Made by a program: the position numbers and the translations under genes. The notes beneath the pieces are model-generated. The model worked only from the letters and a program-made list of their open reading frames with translations, was not told the DNA's origin and ran no database searches. A DNA stretch of 64,000 nucleotides from an uncultured Chloroflexia bacterium (GTDB taxonomy: Bacteria; Chloroflexota; Limnocylindria; QHBO01), in assembly GCA_963790255.1 (NCBI GenBank), contig CAWBOA010000003.1, positions 177,825 to 241,824 on the forward strand, in the 5' to 3' direction. Positions 27,401 through 34,412 of the stretch are shown piece after piece (positions within the stretch are counted from its first letter, which is position 1; every line of letters starts with the position of its first letter).

Positions 27401-29117
27401 GGCCGACTGCACCCGCCTGCTGGCAACGGTCGGCCTCGATGACGAGGTCGAGGGCCAGGGCACCGTGCGCTTCGAGGTGTACACCGGTGCCACCCTTCGC
27501 TTGACCAGCCCGGTCATGACCGGGCAGGCCACCCAGCTGGTCGACGTGTCGGTCACGCCCGGCCAGACCCTGCGCCTGGTGGTCACCAACGGCGGCGACA
27601 ACATCGACTACGACCACGGCGATTGGGCCGATGCGCGCTTCCTATGCGGGGCAACGCAGCCGCCGCCCAACCAGGCGCCCAGCCTGACCCAGCCGGCGAA
27701 CCAGACCCACGCCGAGGGTGCTGCCGTCAACCTCGCGCTGGTGGCCACCGATCCGGACGGCGACACCCTGGCCTACTCCGCCAGCGGCCTGCCGCCGGGA
27801 CTGAGCATCAATCCGGGCACCGGCCTCATCAGCGGCACGATCGCGGCCGGAGCAGCCGCCGGCTCGCCCTACACCGTGGTGGCCGGCGTCAATGACGGCA
27901 GGGGAGGCTCCGCCAGCCGCACCTTCAGCTGGACCGTGACGGCCCTCCCGCCGCCCAACCAGGCGCCCAGCCTGACCCAGCCGGCGAACCAGACCCACGC
28001 CGAGGGTGCTGCCGTCAACCTCGCGCTGGTGGCCACCGATCCGGACGGCGACACCCTGGCCTACTCCGCCAGCGGCCTGCCGCCGGGACTGAGCATCAAT
28101 CCGGGCACCGGCCTCATCAGCGGCACGATCGCGGCCGGAGCAGCCGCCGGCTCGCCCTACACCGTGGTGGCCGGCGTCAATGACGGCAGGGGAGGCTCTG
28201 CCAGCCGCACCTTCAGCTGGACCGTGACGCCTCCCCAGCCGCCGCCGGCTCCCACGGGCCTGGTCGCGACGCCGACGACGCTCGATACGAGGCTGGCGTG
28301 GAACGCGGTGCCGGCGGCCACCGGCTACGACGTGTACCGAGCGGCCGCGTCCGAGGGGCCCTACCTGAAGCTGAACGGGACGCCGCTGACGAGCCCGTCC
28401 TATCAGGACGGATCGGCGCCTCGCGGAACCTCGTGGTATCGGGTCATCGCGCTGGTGGGCGTGACGGCGTCGCCCCCCGCGTCCGTCTCGGCCGTGCGGC
28501 CGATCGACCTCATCGGCACGTCGAGCGCGGCAATCCGGACGTCATCGACGCTTCAGCTCGATGTGCCCGCCGGTCGACAGGTCGGCGATCTCCTGATGGT
28601 CGTGATCACGAGCGCGGGGGCACCCACCATCACGCCTCCCGCAGGATGGACGACGGTCCGGACGGACACGTCCGGCCAGTCGCTCAGGCAGGCCGTCTTC
28701 GTGCGCATGGCGGCGACCGGCGACCCGACGTCGTACACCTGGACGATGTCCCAGTCGGTGGCGACAGTGGGCGCCCTGGCCGTGTATCGCGGGGTGAACC
28801 CGACGACGCCGATCGACGTTCACACCGGTCGCGTCAACCCCGCCTCGACCTCGATCCCGATCACGGCCGCGTCCAGCACCTCGCCGCACGCGGTGGCGGT
28901 CGTCGTCTACGCCGCGGCATGGAACGCCACCATCACGGTGCCGCAGATCCTCATCGACCAGGTTGGCGCCGGGGCACAGCGCGGCAACTCGCGCGTCTCC
29001 GTCCGCATTGGCGATCGCGTCATGCCGCAACCCGGCACGACCGGCACCATCACCGGAACGTCATCGAAGAGCGCGGTCAACATCGGCCAGCTCATCGTCC
29101 TGCGCCCGATCCCATAG
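24459..29117 (+). CDS. giant secreted multidomain protein (about 1552 aa): sugar-dehydrogenase beta-propeller, PKD, NPCBM-like, Ig-like, NPCBM-like, 2x Ig-like, FN3, unknown C-terminal domain
   Basis: Signal-like N-terminus (LRGVLVATVTAGLLLPVSPPAPAAA). GFSDTAVLTGLTQPTAVEFSPDGRVFVAQKNGIIRVF is typical of glucose/sorbosone dehydrogenase propellers. PLTVTFDGRSSSDPESGALAYSWDLNGDG marks a PKD domain. YLSDLPFT..TNGWGPVERDRSNG...NGVVYAKGIGAHA occurs twice (NPCBM-like). DPDGDTLAYSASGLPPGLSINPGTGLISGT occurs twice (putative Ig/cadherin-like). LAWNAVPAATGYDVYRA marks FN3. Confidence 0.85.
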   Translation: MASPSHPQVGSVPEPVRHLRGVLVATVTAGLLLPVSPPAPAAAGPEQPGFSDTAVLTGLTQPTAVEFSPDGRVFVAQKNGIIRVFSSVTATTSTVFADLRTRVHDFWDRGLLGLALHPNFPTDGRVYVLYTHDALIGGVAPRWGDTCPTPPGATGDGCVVSGRLSVLVASGSTAGPETVLIEDWCQQYPSHSIGDLRFGPDGALYASGGEGASFTFADYGQGGGSANSPTVRNPCGDPPVPAGGTPTVPTAEGGALRSQDLRTSGDATTLDGSILRLNPDTGAAMAGNPLAGSSDPNAARVVAHGLRNPFRFTIRPGTNEVWAGDVGWSSWEEINRIVPSTSAVRNFGWPCYEGSTNRPGTYRDTNICVGLYAAGATAVQTPYFQYAHGQQVANETCSTGSGSSITGLAFYSAGTYPAQYNGALFFADYSRRCIWVMFPGSNGLPDPATRTTFISSAAAPVQLKIGPGGDLFYADFSGGTIHRVRYVTANQPPVAAIQATPTSGPAPLTVTFDGRSSSDPESGALAYSWDLNGDGVFGDATTSVATQQYQAGIYTVRLRVTDPAGATGLASVQIEAGSTGAVRYLSDLPFTSETNGWGPVERDRSNGEPGATDGRPITLNGVVYAKGIGAHAASDVRLLVPADCTRLLVAIGVDDEVLAQGSVGFEVYTNSTLRFSSPVMTGASATQLVDLSVTPGQTLRLVATNGGDNVNYDHADWADARFVCGAGNTPPTARIDLPGPDTTWTATDVIFFTGRGLDNEEGQLPSGSMVWDVVLHHCITPGECHEHPLKSVAGAASGTFEAQDHEYPALLEIRLRVTDGGGLSDTASVILEPQTSDLTFATEPTGLELTVGSEAAQVAPFTHRMIVGGQTSVSAPLVQVRNGISYEFIGWADAPDANRQIVAGASPATYTARYEAAGQVSTTYLSDLPFTLQTNGWGPVERDRSNGDIGAADGRPITVNGVVYAKGIGAHAASDVRLVVPADCTRLLATVGLDDEVEGQGTVRFEVYTGATLRLTSPVMTGQATQLVDVSVTPGQTLRLVVTNGGDNIDYDHGDWADARFLCGATQPPPNQAPSLTQPANQTHAEGAAVNLALVATDPDGDTLAYSASGLPPGLSINPGTGLISGTIAAGAAAGSPYTVVAGVNDGRGGSASRTFSWTVTALPPPNQAPSLTQPANQTHAEGAAVNLALVATDPDGDTLAYSASGLPPGLSINPGTGLISGTIAAGAAAGSPYTVVAGVNDGRGGSASRTFSWTVTPPQPPPAPTGLVATPTTLDTRLAWNAVPAATGYDVYRAAASEGPYLKLNGTPLTSPSYQDGSAPRGTSWYRVIALVGVTASPPASVSAVRPIDLIGTSSAAIRTSSTLQLDVPAGRQVGDLLMVVITSAGAPTITPPAGWTTVRTDTSGQSLRQAVFVRMAATGDPTSYTWTMSQSVATVGALAVYRGVNPTTPIDVHTGRVNPASTSIPITAASSTSPHAVAVVVYAAAWNATITVPQILIDQVGAGAQRGNSRVSVRIGDRVMPQPGTTGTITGTSSKSAVNIGQLIVLRPIP
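27661..28236. repeat. near-perfect tandem duplication, 2 x 288 bp (96 aa Ig-like module) inside the giant gene
   Basis: Copy 1 (27661-27948) and copy 2 (27949-28236) are identical by eye except one synonymous C/T (ggctcCgcc vs ggctcTgcc) and the last about 10 nt. Confidence 0.9.
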
Positions 29118-29174
29118 GCTCGTTTGCCGGGGCGGAGCCGGTGCACTCAGACACCGCAAGCAGGCCGCGGATCG

Positions 29175-29203
29175 TTGACGGGGTAGTACCTTCGTACTAG
29201 CCT
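29175..29203 (+). promoter_or_regulatory. candidate promoter TTGACG-N17-TAGCCT with an embedded perfect inverted repeat TAGTAC-cttc-GTACTA
   Basis: -35 at 29175-29180 and -10 at 29198-29203. The palindrome lies in the spacer and overlaps the first two bases of the -10. The core TACCTTNGTACTAG is shared with 2694-2722 on the minus strand. Confidence 0.45.
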
Positions 29204-29450
29204 CCGGCGACCGGGAATCCGAGCTCCCGAGCCTCTCCGCTGCCAGGGAGCCGAGCTCCCCTTCCAGGCCATCGGCGCGCTGCCCGAGCCGCCAGACGTG
29301 CCCATGCCGCCCAGCGCTCCATTTTGCCTTGCGCTGTCCGGCCCTGCCCAGGAGGTGTGCCCCCCAGGTCCCGATCGCTCAGCGTCCGCTGCCGATGCCA
29401 TTCGTCTCGCGACGCCGATGCCGTCGCACGTGCCCAACGGAGGAACAACC

Positions 29451-30899
29451 GTGACCCTACGAAGGTCGAGCCCTCGCGCTCGAGCCAGGTGGACCACCCT
29501 CGGACTGACCGTCCTTGCACTGATGACGATCGTCGTCACCGCGGTGCTGGCGGCCCACCCTGAGGCGTCTCTCTCCCCGAGCAACTTCGAGCTGGATGTC
29601 GACGCCAACCTCAAGGTCGACGACACCGCCGATCCCCTCTCGGTCGACTGGGCGAGCCTCGCCCATCCAAACGGACCCGAGCTCCGAGCGACCGATGCGG
29701 CCACGGGTCAGAACGACGACTCGTACAAGGGCGGCGTCAAGGAGGACACGGCGTGTCCTGGCGAGACGACCGGCAGCATCCCGAACAACAAGAGCGACTT
29801 GCTGACCTTCTCGACCTACCAGGAGCCCGGCATCGGATCGCATCCCGGATTCCTCCACCTCGCCTGGAGCCGCGTCACGGATCCGAGCGGGACCACGCTC
29901 ATGGACTTCGAGTTCAACCAGTCTGACGTGGACTGCGCAACGGGGCCGAACAACGTTCGCACCGCCGGCGACCTGCTCATCGAGTACGCCATCGACCAGG
30001 GCGGCTCGCGAGCCGACCTGACGGCTCGCACGTGGACCGGATCCGCCTGGGGTGCGCCGGCCGACCTCGATGCGCCATCCGTCGCGTGCGGGAACAACCC
30101 GTGCGCGGCTGGCACGATCAACACGTCCGCGATCCCGTTCGGCGAGTCGGACGGACTGATCACGGCGGGCCAGAAGGAGGCTCGCACGTTCGGTGAGGCC
30201 ACCATCGACCTGCGCCTCATCTTCAGCGGGACGAGCTGCCGTTCGTTCGGCAGCGCCATGATCAAGAGTCGGTCGTCGGACTCCTTCACGTCTCAGCTGA
30301 AGGACTTCATTCGGCCGCTCGACATCTCGCTGACGAACTGCGGTCAGGTGATCGTCCGCAAGGCCACGGTACCGGCCGGCTCCGATGCGGTCTTCTCCTA
30401 CGCGAAGACGTTCCCGACCGATCCAACGACCGCCAACACCTTCACCATGACGGGCAATCCGACCGGCGGCGCGAACGTCACCACGTTCAGCAACGTGCTG
30501 ATCGGGAGTGGCTACACCGTCTCGGAGACCCTGGGGAGCCTGCCCGCGGGCTGGGAGTTCGTCGGTGTCGACTGCAGCGCCAGTTCAGGCGTCACGCCGT
30601 CGATCAATGGTGCGGTGGTGACCTTTGCCATCGACTCGCCATCGGACGTGCTCGACTGCACGTTCACGAACCGAGCGCTGTTCCGTGTCATCACGTTCGT
30701 GTGCAGCCAGGGAGACAACACCCTCGTTGCAAGCGACGTGACGTTCGAGGACTCGACCAAGACCACGCTGGAGTCGCTGCCCACGGGACTCAGCGAGTCC
30801 GTCCTGTGCGGGCTGACGACGGGCGCCTCGTTTGGCGATAAGAGCGTCGGCACATTCGGTGACGACGACAACAAGGTGGTCATCCCGGCCGCGCCATAG
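29451..30899 (+). CDS. secreted/membrane-anchored protein with C-terminal prealbumin-like (SpaA/Cna-B-type) fold region
   Basis: GTG 29451 lies 6 nt after GGAGGA. N-terminal anchor/signal (RARWTTLGLTVLALMTIVVTAVLAA). The C-terminal pattern GYTVSETLGSLPAGWEFVGVDCS...DCTFTN is typical of prealbumin-fold surface-protein domains. The ORF is also open upstream to ATG 29298. Confidence 0.65.
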   Translation: MTLRRSSPRARARWTTLGLTVLALMTIVVTAVLAAHPEASLSPSNFELDVDANLKVDDTADPLSVDWASLAHPNGPELRATDAATGQNDDSYKGGVKEDTACPGETTGSIPNNKSDLLTFSTYQEPGIGSHPGFLHLAWSRVTDPSGTTLMDFEFNQSDVDCATGPNNVRTAGDLLIEYAIDQGGSRADLTARTWTGSAWGAPADLDAPSVACGNNPCAAGTINTSAIPFGESDGLITAGQKEARTFGEATIDLRLIFSGTSCRSFGSAMIKSRSSDSFTSQLKDFIRPLDISLTNCGQVIVRKATVPAGSDAVFSYAKTFPTDPTTANTFTMTGNPTGGANVTTFSNVLIGSGYTVSETLGSLPAGWEFVGVDCSASSGVTPSINGAVVTFAIDSPSDVLDCTFTNRALFRVITFVCSQGDNTLVASDVTFEDSTKTTLESLPTGLSESVLCGLTTGASFGDKSVGTFGDDDNKVVIPAAP

Positions 30900-30923
30900 G
30901 GCGAACCGGACCCGCCAACTCCA

Positions 30924-30951
30924 CCATGGCCGGCCGCAAGGCCGGCCATGG
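30924..30951. terminator. bidirectional terminator hairpin between convergent genes
   Basis: CCATGGCCGGCC-GCAA-GGCCGGCCATGG: a perfect 12-bp stem with a GNRA tetraloop, located between the stops at 30899 (+) and 30956 (-). Confidence 0.7.
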
Positions 30952-30955
30952 TCGT

Positions 30956-32368
30956 TCAGCCTCGGGCGGTTGCCTCCTGGCCGTCGGCGGTGTCGCGCAC
31001 CTCGACGCCGATGGAGGCGAGCTCGTCGCGCAGCGCGTCCGAGGTCGCATAGTCGCCGGCGGCACGCGCCGCGGCCCGTCGCTCGAGCAGCTCGGCCGTA
31101 CCCTCGGGAAGGGGCAGCTCCGCTTCGGCGGGGACGTCGAGCGACAGCCCGAGCACGCGGTCGAAGTCGAGGAGCAGCGCGCGCCGCTGCCCGTCGTCGA
31201 GGTTCGAGGCCGCGGCAACCTCGTGCGCGACCGCCACCGCGCGCGGGGTCCCGAGGTCGTCGGCCACGGCCTCCGCAAATCGGGCTCGATACCCGGCCAT
31301 CGGTTCGGCGCCGAGGTCAACCTCGCCGTCCGGTCCGGCGGCCGCGCGTCGCAGGCGCGCCAGGCCGGAAGTGGCGGCGTGCATCGCGTCGGTGGTGAAG
31401 TCGAGCTTGCTGCGGTAATGCGCCTGGAGGGCAAGGTAGCGGAAGGCGAGCGGCTGGAAGCCCAGATCGGTGAGGTCCGCGACGCGGATGATGTTGCCCC
31501 TGCTCTTGGCCATCTTGGCGTCGTCCATGGTGAGGAACTCGCCGTGCATCCAGATGCTCACGACCTCGTGGCCGAGCGCGCCCTCTGACTGCGCGATCTC
31601 GTCCTCATGGTGCGGGAAGCGCAGGTCGATCCCGCCGGTATGCACGTCGAAGCGCTCCCCGAGGTGCTTCAGGCTCATCGCCGAGCACTCGATGTGCCAT
31701 CCGGGGAAGCCGTCGCCCCAGGGGGAGGGCCACTTCATGAGGCGCCCGGAGCCGGCACGCTTCCAGAGCGCGAAGTCGGCGGGATCGCGCTTGTCGGACT
31801 CGACGTCGACGCGGTGGCCCGCGTGCGTCTCCTCCACCTTCTGGCCCGAGAGCTTGCCGTACCCGGGGAAGGCGCCGACGTCGTAGTAGATGGTGCCGTC
31901 CACCTCGTAGGCGAGCCCGGCCTCGAGCAGGCGTCCCGTGAGATCGATCATCTCGGCGATGTGGTCGGTCGCCTTCGGCATGACGTCGGCCGGGATGATG
32001 TTGATGAGGGCCTCGTCCTCGAGCCAGGCGAGCGTGTAGAACTCGGCGATCTCCGCCGGCGACTTGCCCTCGGTCTCGGCGGCGAGCTCGATCTTGTCCT
32101 CGCCCTCGATCGCGTCGAGCTGGTCATCGCGCATGTGGCCGACGTCGGTGATGTTCTTGACGTAGCGGACCTCGTAGCCGAGGTACTCGAGCGTGCGGTG
32201 GAGGAGGTCCCCGAAGAGGTAGGTCCGCAGGTTGCCGATGTGCGCGTACTTGTAGACCGTGCTGCCGCAGGTGTAGATGCCGACGCGGCCCGGCTCGATG
32301 GGCTGGAGCGGCTCCGAGCGGCGAGTCAGCGTGTTGTGCAGGCGCACCTGCGGCAGGGGCTCGGCCAT
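30956..32368 (-). CDS. cysS: cysteine--tRNA ligase
   Basis: HIGNLRTY (HIGH motif), KMAKSRGN (KMSKS motif), and 470 aa collinear with CysS. Confidence 0.95.
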   Translation of the reverse strand: MAEPLPQVRLHNTLTRRSEPLQPIEPGRVGIYTCGSTVYKYAHIGNLRTYLFGDLLHRTLEYLGYEVRYVKNITDVGHMRDDQLDAIEGEDKIELAAETEGKSPAEIAEFYTLAWLEDEALINIIPADVMPKATDHIAEMIDLTGRLLEAGLAYEVDGTIYYDVGAFPGYGKLSGQKVEETHAGHRVDVESDKRDPADFALWKRAGSGRLMKWPSPWGDGFPGWHIECSAMSLKHLGERFDVHTGGIDLRFPHHEDEIAQSEGALGHEVVSIWMHGEFLTMDDAKMAKSRGNIIRVADLTDLGFQPLAFRYLALQAHYRSKLDFTTDAMHAATSGLARLRRAAAGPDGEVDLGAEPMAGYRARFAEAVADDLGTPRAVAVAHEVAAASNLDDGQRRALLLDFDRVLGLSLDVPAEAELPLPEGTAELLERRAAARAAGDYATSDALRDELASIGVEVRDTADGQEATARG

Positions 32369-32394
32369 GGGTCAGGCATTGTACCGACGGGGCG

Positions 32395-32400
32395 TAGGAT
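32395..32400 (+). promoter_or_regulatory. -10 box TAGGAT placed 6 nt before ATG 32407 (leaderless-type promoter)
   Basis: The TAnnnT hexamer ends 6 nt upstream of the Nudix start codon, and no SD sequence is present. Confidence 0.4.
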
Positions 32401-32406
32401 GCACCG

Positions 32407-32997
32407 ATGCCCCAGCCCGACGCCTCAGATACCTATCCGATGACGCTCGGCGAGGAGCCGAGTTTCTGCCCCGCCTGTGGTCAGCCCGTCGAGGCCAAGA
32501 CGCTCGAAGCCGACCACCGGCCACGGCTCGTCTGCCCGCATGGCCACGTCACCTGGCGCAACCCCCGCGTCGTGGTCGGGACCCTTCCGGTGGATGGCGA
32601 CCGCGTCTACCTGGCGCGGCGCGCCATCGAGCCGGCCGCCGGCAAATGGGGCAACCCGGGCGGCTTCCTGGAGCTCGGCGAGTCGGCCCAGGAGGGAGCC
32701 CGGCGCGAGACGGAGGAGGAGACCGAGCTGCGTGTCGAGGTCGGGCGGCTCATCGGCGTCTACTCGCGCCCGCATGCCGGCATCGTGACGATCGCGTTCG
32801 AGGCGGCCGTCGTGGGCGGGCGGCCCGAGCCCGCCGCCGAGACGAGCGAGGTGCGCGCCTTCGGCCCGGACGAGATCCCGTGGGACGAGATCGCCTTCAG
32901 CACCGCCGAGAGCGCTCTACGCGACTGGGTCGCCTCGCTGCCCGGACGAGGTCCGCGGTTCGAGCCCGAGCTCTACGTCGAGGGCGACCCCGAGTAG
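32407..32997 (+). CDS. Nudix hydrolase with N-terminal zinc ribbon
   Basis: CPACG...CPHGH zinc ribbon followed by the Nudix box GGFLELGESAQEGARRETEEETEL. Confidence 0.85.
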   Translation: MPQPDASDTYPMTLGEEPSFCPACGQPVEAKTLEADHRPRLVCPHGHVTWRNPRVVVGTLPVDGDRVYLARRAIEPAAGKWGNPGGFLELGESAQEGARRETEEETELRVEVGRLIGVYSRPHAGIVTIAFEAAVVGGRPEPAAETSEVRAFGPDEIPWDEIAFSTAESALRDWVASLPGRGPRFEPELYVEGDPE

Positions 32998-33026
32998 CGC
33001 GACCTCGCTCGTCACCGAAGCGTCAG

Positions 33027-33052
33027 CCAAGCACCTCGATCGCCGTGCTTGG
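33027..33052 (+). terminator. stem-loop CCAAGCAC-N10-GTGCTTGG downstream of the Nudix gene
   Basis: 8-bp perfect stem 30 nt after the stop codon. There is no U-tract, and it overlaps the -35 of the next promoter. Confidence 0.35.
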
Positions 33053-33077
33053 CGTAGCCCTGAGCCATTGGTACTAT
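33049..33077 (+). promoter_or_regulatory. candidate promoter TTGGCG-N17-TACTAT
   Basis: -35 at 33049-33054 and -10 at 33072-33077, in a locally AT-richer stretch about 45 nt upstream of ATG 33122. Confidence 0.45.
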
Positions 33078-33121
33078 GCCCGTCCTGTTCGCACGTGCCC
33101 AGGCATGGAAGGGAACGCGGC

Positions 33122-34408
33122 ATGGAGGGGAACGCGCCGTCCAGCTTTTGCGAGCGATGTGGCTTCCCGGCGTCGATTCAGGCCGGGTCGGTCCACTCGT
33201 GCCTGCTGTGCGATCGTTACGTCGGCACCGAATGCTGGGACGCTCGGCGCCGGCGGTGCGGCGATTGCGCTCCGCTCACCGCGCGCGCGAGCAAAGCGCG
33301 CGACATGATGCTCCTCCGCCGCGTCGATCGACGGCTCCGCGAGGTCGCGCGCGACGCGATCGCGCTGTCGATGCAGTCAGCAGAGGCGGACGGCTCGACG
33401 ATCGATGCCGAGCTCGTGTGCCTCCGTCTGAAGACCTCGAACGCTCTGGAGAACGGCGAGGATGCCCTCGCCCGACGGCTCCGGGGCGCGCGCGCAGGCG
33501 ACGTCGAGGCGCTCGCCTCCCGGATCGGCGTGCACGCCCTCCTTGCCGATTCCGCGGTCGCGCGCGCCGAGAGCGCAGCCGTGGCTGCGTCCGCGCGGGA
33601 TGCCGCCTCCGGGCCACCGGTGCTCGTGCGGCAGCTGGTGCTCGGCGGCCTCGCTGGTGTCGCGGCCGCCGTGGTGGCCGTAGTGGTTCTGACCGGAATC
33701 CTGGACCCTGATCCCTTCGAGCGGGAGGGCGTCCTGGGGGGTGCGCCAGGCGATGGGAGTTCGTCGCCGACCGGACCCATCGGTGGGACGCAAACGGCCA
33801 GACCCAACGCCCAGGAGCATCCGGTCCTGCTGGCGTTCGACTTCAACGACGTTCGGATGGGGGAGGGAATCGGCGAGGAGTGGGGTGGCCAGCCCACCAC
33901 CGCCGCGGGTGATTCGATCCAGGTGGCCGCCTTCCCGACCTCCTTCGATCGCAGCGCTCGGCTGACCTCGAGTGGCCGTCCAGACGTCGCCGCCTGCGCG
34001 TCAGTCGTGCCACAGGACGTCGAGCGCGTCGGATTCGACGTGTACATCGATCCCGCACGCCCCGCGGTCGGGACCCTGAGCCTCTACGCCGCCAACGGGG
34101 AGCCGGCGCTCCAGATCGTGATCGACCCAGAGGGGCAGCTGAGCGCGCGTGTCCCGACTGGGGAGCTGCCGCTCGGACCGCGCATCGCGGCGGGCGCATG
34201 GCGCCGGGTCGAGCTCGTTGCCGAGGCCGGTGATCTCCGTTGGCGCGTGCGGTCGTTCGACGAGACCAACCACGTGGTTACGGATGGATCGCTCGGCCAA
34301 GTGGACCTCGTTCCCATCACGCGAGTCTGCCTCGCGGCGCTCGGGCCGGCCGGCCGCGCCGTCAGCTACGACAACCTCGAAATCCACGGAATCAACACGG
34401 GAGGATGA
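33122..34408 (+). CDS. Cys-rich zinc-ribbon / helical / TM / C-terminal beta (LamG-like?) domain protein, paralog of 35840-37537
   Basis: FCERCGF...CLLCDRYVGTECW...CGDCAP, one TM (LVLGGLAGVAAAVVAVVVLTGIL), and a C-terminal domain containing VAAFPTSFDRSARLTS and ending AVSYDNLEIHG. ATG 33122 follows AAGGGAA. Confidence 0.65.
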   Translation: MEGNAPSSFCERCGFPASIQAGSVHSCLLCDRYVGTECWDARRRRCGDCAPLTARASKARDMMLLRRVDRRLREVARDAIALSMQSAEADGSTIDAELVCLRLKTSNALENGEDALARRLRGARAGDVEALASRIGVHALLADSAVARAESAAVAASARDAASGPPVLVRQLVLGGLAGVAAAVVAVVVLTGILDPDPFEREGVLGGAPGDGSSSPTGPIGGTQTARPNAQEHPVLLAFDFNDVRMGEGIGEEWGGQPTTAAGDSIQVAAFPTSFDRSARLTSSGRPDVAACASVVPQDVERVGFDVYIDPARPAVGTLSLYAANGEPALQIVIDPEGQLSARVPTGELPLGPRIAAGAWRRVELVAEAGDLRWRVRSFDETNHVVTDGSLGQVDLVPITRVCLAALGPAGRAVSYDNLEIHGINTGG

Positions 34409-34412
34409 CCTG

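Noticed and set aside
32940-32975. The tRNA T-loop-like string GGTTCGAGCCC.
   Set aside because: It lies inside the Nudix coding frame. The flanking bases do not form a T-stem, and no acceptor or anticodon arms can be drawn.
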